Below, piece by piece: positions 62,805 through 64,000 of a stretch of 64,000 nt of DNA. The first letter of the stretch is position 1, and each line of letters begins with the position of its first letter. This DNA comes from Lytechinus pictus (Eukaryota): positions 32,178,001 to 32,242,000 of the forward strand of contig NC_087254.1 of assembly GCF_037042905.1 (NCBI RefSeq). The letters are read 5' to 3'. Under the pieces are notes generated by a model. That model saw only the letters and a program-made list of their open reading frames with translations, made no database searches and was not told the origin of the DNA. Both the position numbers and the translations under genes were made by a program.

Positions 62805-63746
62805 ACAAGTGGAATGCCTCTGGCCGTCTCACCTGCATCACGCGATTCAATATAGCAGCAGTGCTGATTTTGAAAACTACTATAACTCGCACAAGATGTT
62901 CAGTGATACTTGGTTACTCTTATTTCCACGTTTTATGAACTAGACCAATACACTTATAGAGATATGATGGCAATTCAACAAATACCCCCAACGTGGCAAA
63001 AGTTCTTTGACCTTACATGACCTTTGACCTTGATCATGTGACCTGAAACTCGCACAGGATGTTCAGTGATACTTGATTACTATTATGTCCAAGTTTTATG
63101 AACTAGACCAACACACTTTCAAATTTATGGCTGTAATTCAACAAATACCCCAATTTGGCCAAAGTTCATTGACCCTAAATGACCTTTGACCTTGATCATG
63201 TCACCTGAAACTTGCACAGGATGTTCAGTAATACTTGATTACTATTATGTCCAAGTTTCATGAATCAGATCCATAAACTTTCAAAGTTATGATGGTAATT
63301 CAACAGATACCCCCAATTCGGCCAAAGTTCATTGACCCTAAATGACCTTTGACCTTGGTCATGTGACATGAAACTCAGGCAGGATGTTCAGTAATACTTG
63401 ATTAACCTTATGTATAAGTTTCATGAACTAGGTCCATATAATTTCTAAGTTATGATGACATTTCAAAAACTTAACCTTAGGTTAAGATTTTGATGTTGAT
63501 TCCCCCAACATGGTCTAAGTTCATTGACCCTAAATGACCTTTGACCTTGGTCATGTGACATGAAACTCAGGCAGGATGTTCAGTAATACTTGATTAACCT
63601 TATGGCCAAGTTTCATGAACTAGGTCCATATACTTTCTAAGTTATGCTGTCATTTCAAAAACTTAACCTAAGGTTAAGATTTGGTGTTGACGCCGCCTTC
63701 GGAAAAGCGGCGCCTATAGTCTCACTCTGCTATGCAGGTGAGACAA
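62805..63746. mobile_element. Helentron-associated/DINE-1-like element with ~4-5 internal tandem units
   Basis: Subterminal inverted repeat gtctcacctgcat (62826-62838) / atgcaggtgagac (63732-63744); terminal hairpin gtctcactctgctatgcaggtgagac; second hairpin gcc.cc..cggaaaagcggcg; ~165-185-bp tandem units with gacctttgacct core. Confidence 0.8.
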
Positions 63747-64000
63747 TGATAGTAGTGAATTCATGAAGGGTAATGATATCTTGATTGATGACATTGGTAT
63801 CAAGAAATATGCAAATTTTCACTTGGAGCAATACCAAACCATTACCAAATCTGTATTTTCCATGTGATAAATGCCACCATAAATACCAACAACAAAAAAT
63901 ATATAAACTTTATTTCTTTGGAAAGGTTGAATTCATTCTATTTTTTAGAATATGACATGATGTCTGGAGATAATCAAGGATCCTGTAAAGATGTTGAACA

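Noticed and set aside
62880-63680. CRISPR or stand-alone satellite array
   Set aside because: Whole units are homologous and bounded by Helentron/DINE-like terminal structures.

Overview
AT-rich, intron-containing animal genomic DNA. It is most likely a sea urchin or other echinoderm; this is inferred from the repeat families, poly-G/C tracts and GT-AG gene structures, not proven. Three host genes are supported. (1) A minus-strand, 3-exon orphan coiled-coil gene (ATG at 9106) whose exons 2-3 and 3'UTR lie in a ~3.2-kb tandem duplication (822-4023 / 4028-7224). (2) A minus-strand MiD49/MiD51 (MIEF1/2)-like Drp1 receptor with an intronless 473-aa CDS (19094-20515) and a probable non-coding first exon near 25126-25560. 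(3) A complete 10-exon plus-strand PLBD1 (30812-39179, 564 aa, catalytic GHCSALIK). The rest is dense with transposon debris: Harbinger-, hAT-, Kolobok- and piggyBac-type MITEs, tRNA-derived SINEs, two Helentron/DINE-like elements with internal tandem arrays, a decayed hAT transposase, a probable Harbinger relic, a LINE fragment, and a duplicated spliced Kolobok/Mutator-like transposase fragment with a templated junction. There is a 131-N gap at 38613-38743. No CRISPR array, rRNA or bona fide tRNA was seen. Most ORFs in the supplied track are spurious or are exon fragments. All alignments and counts were done by eye.
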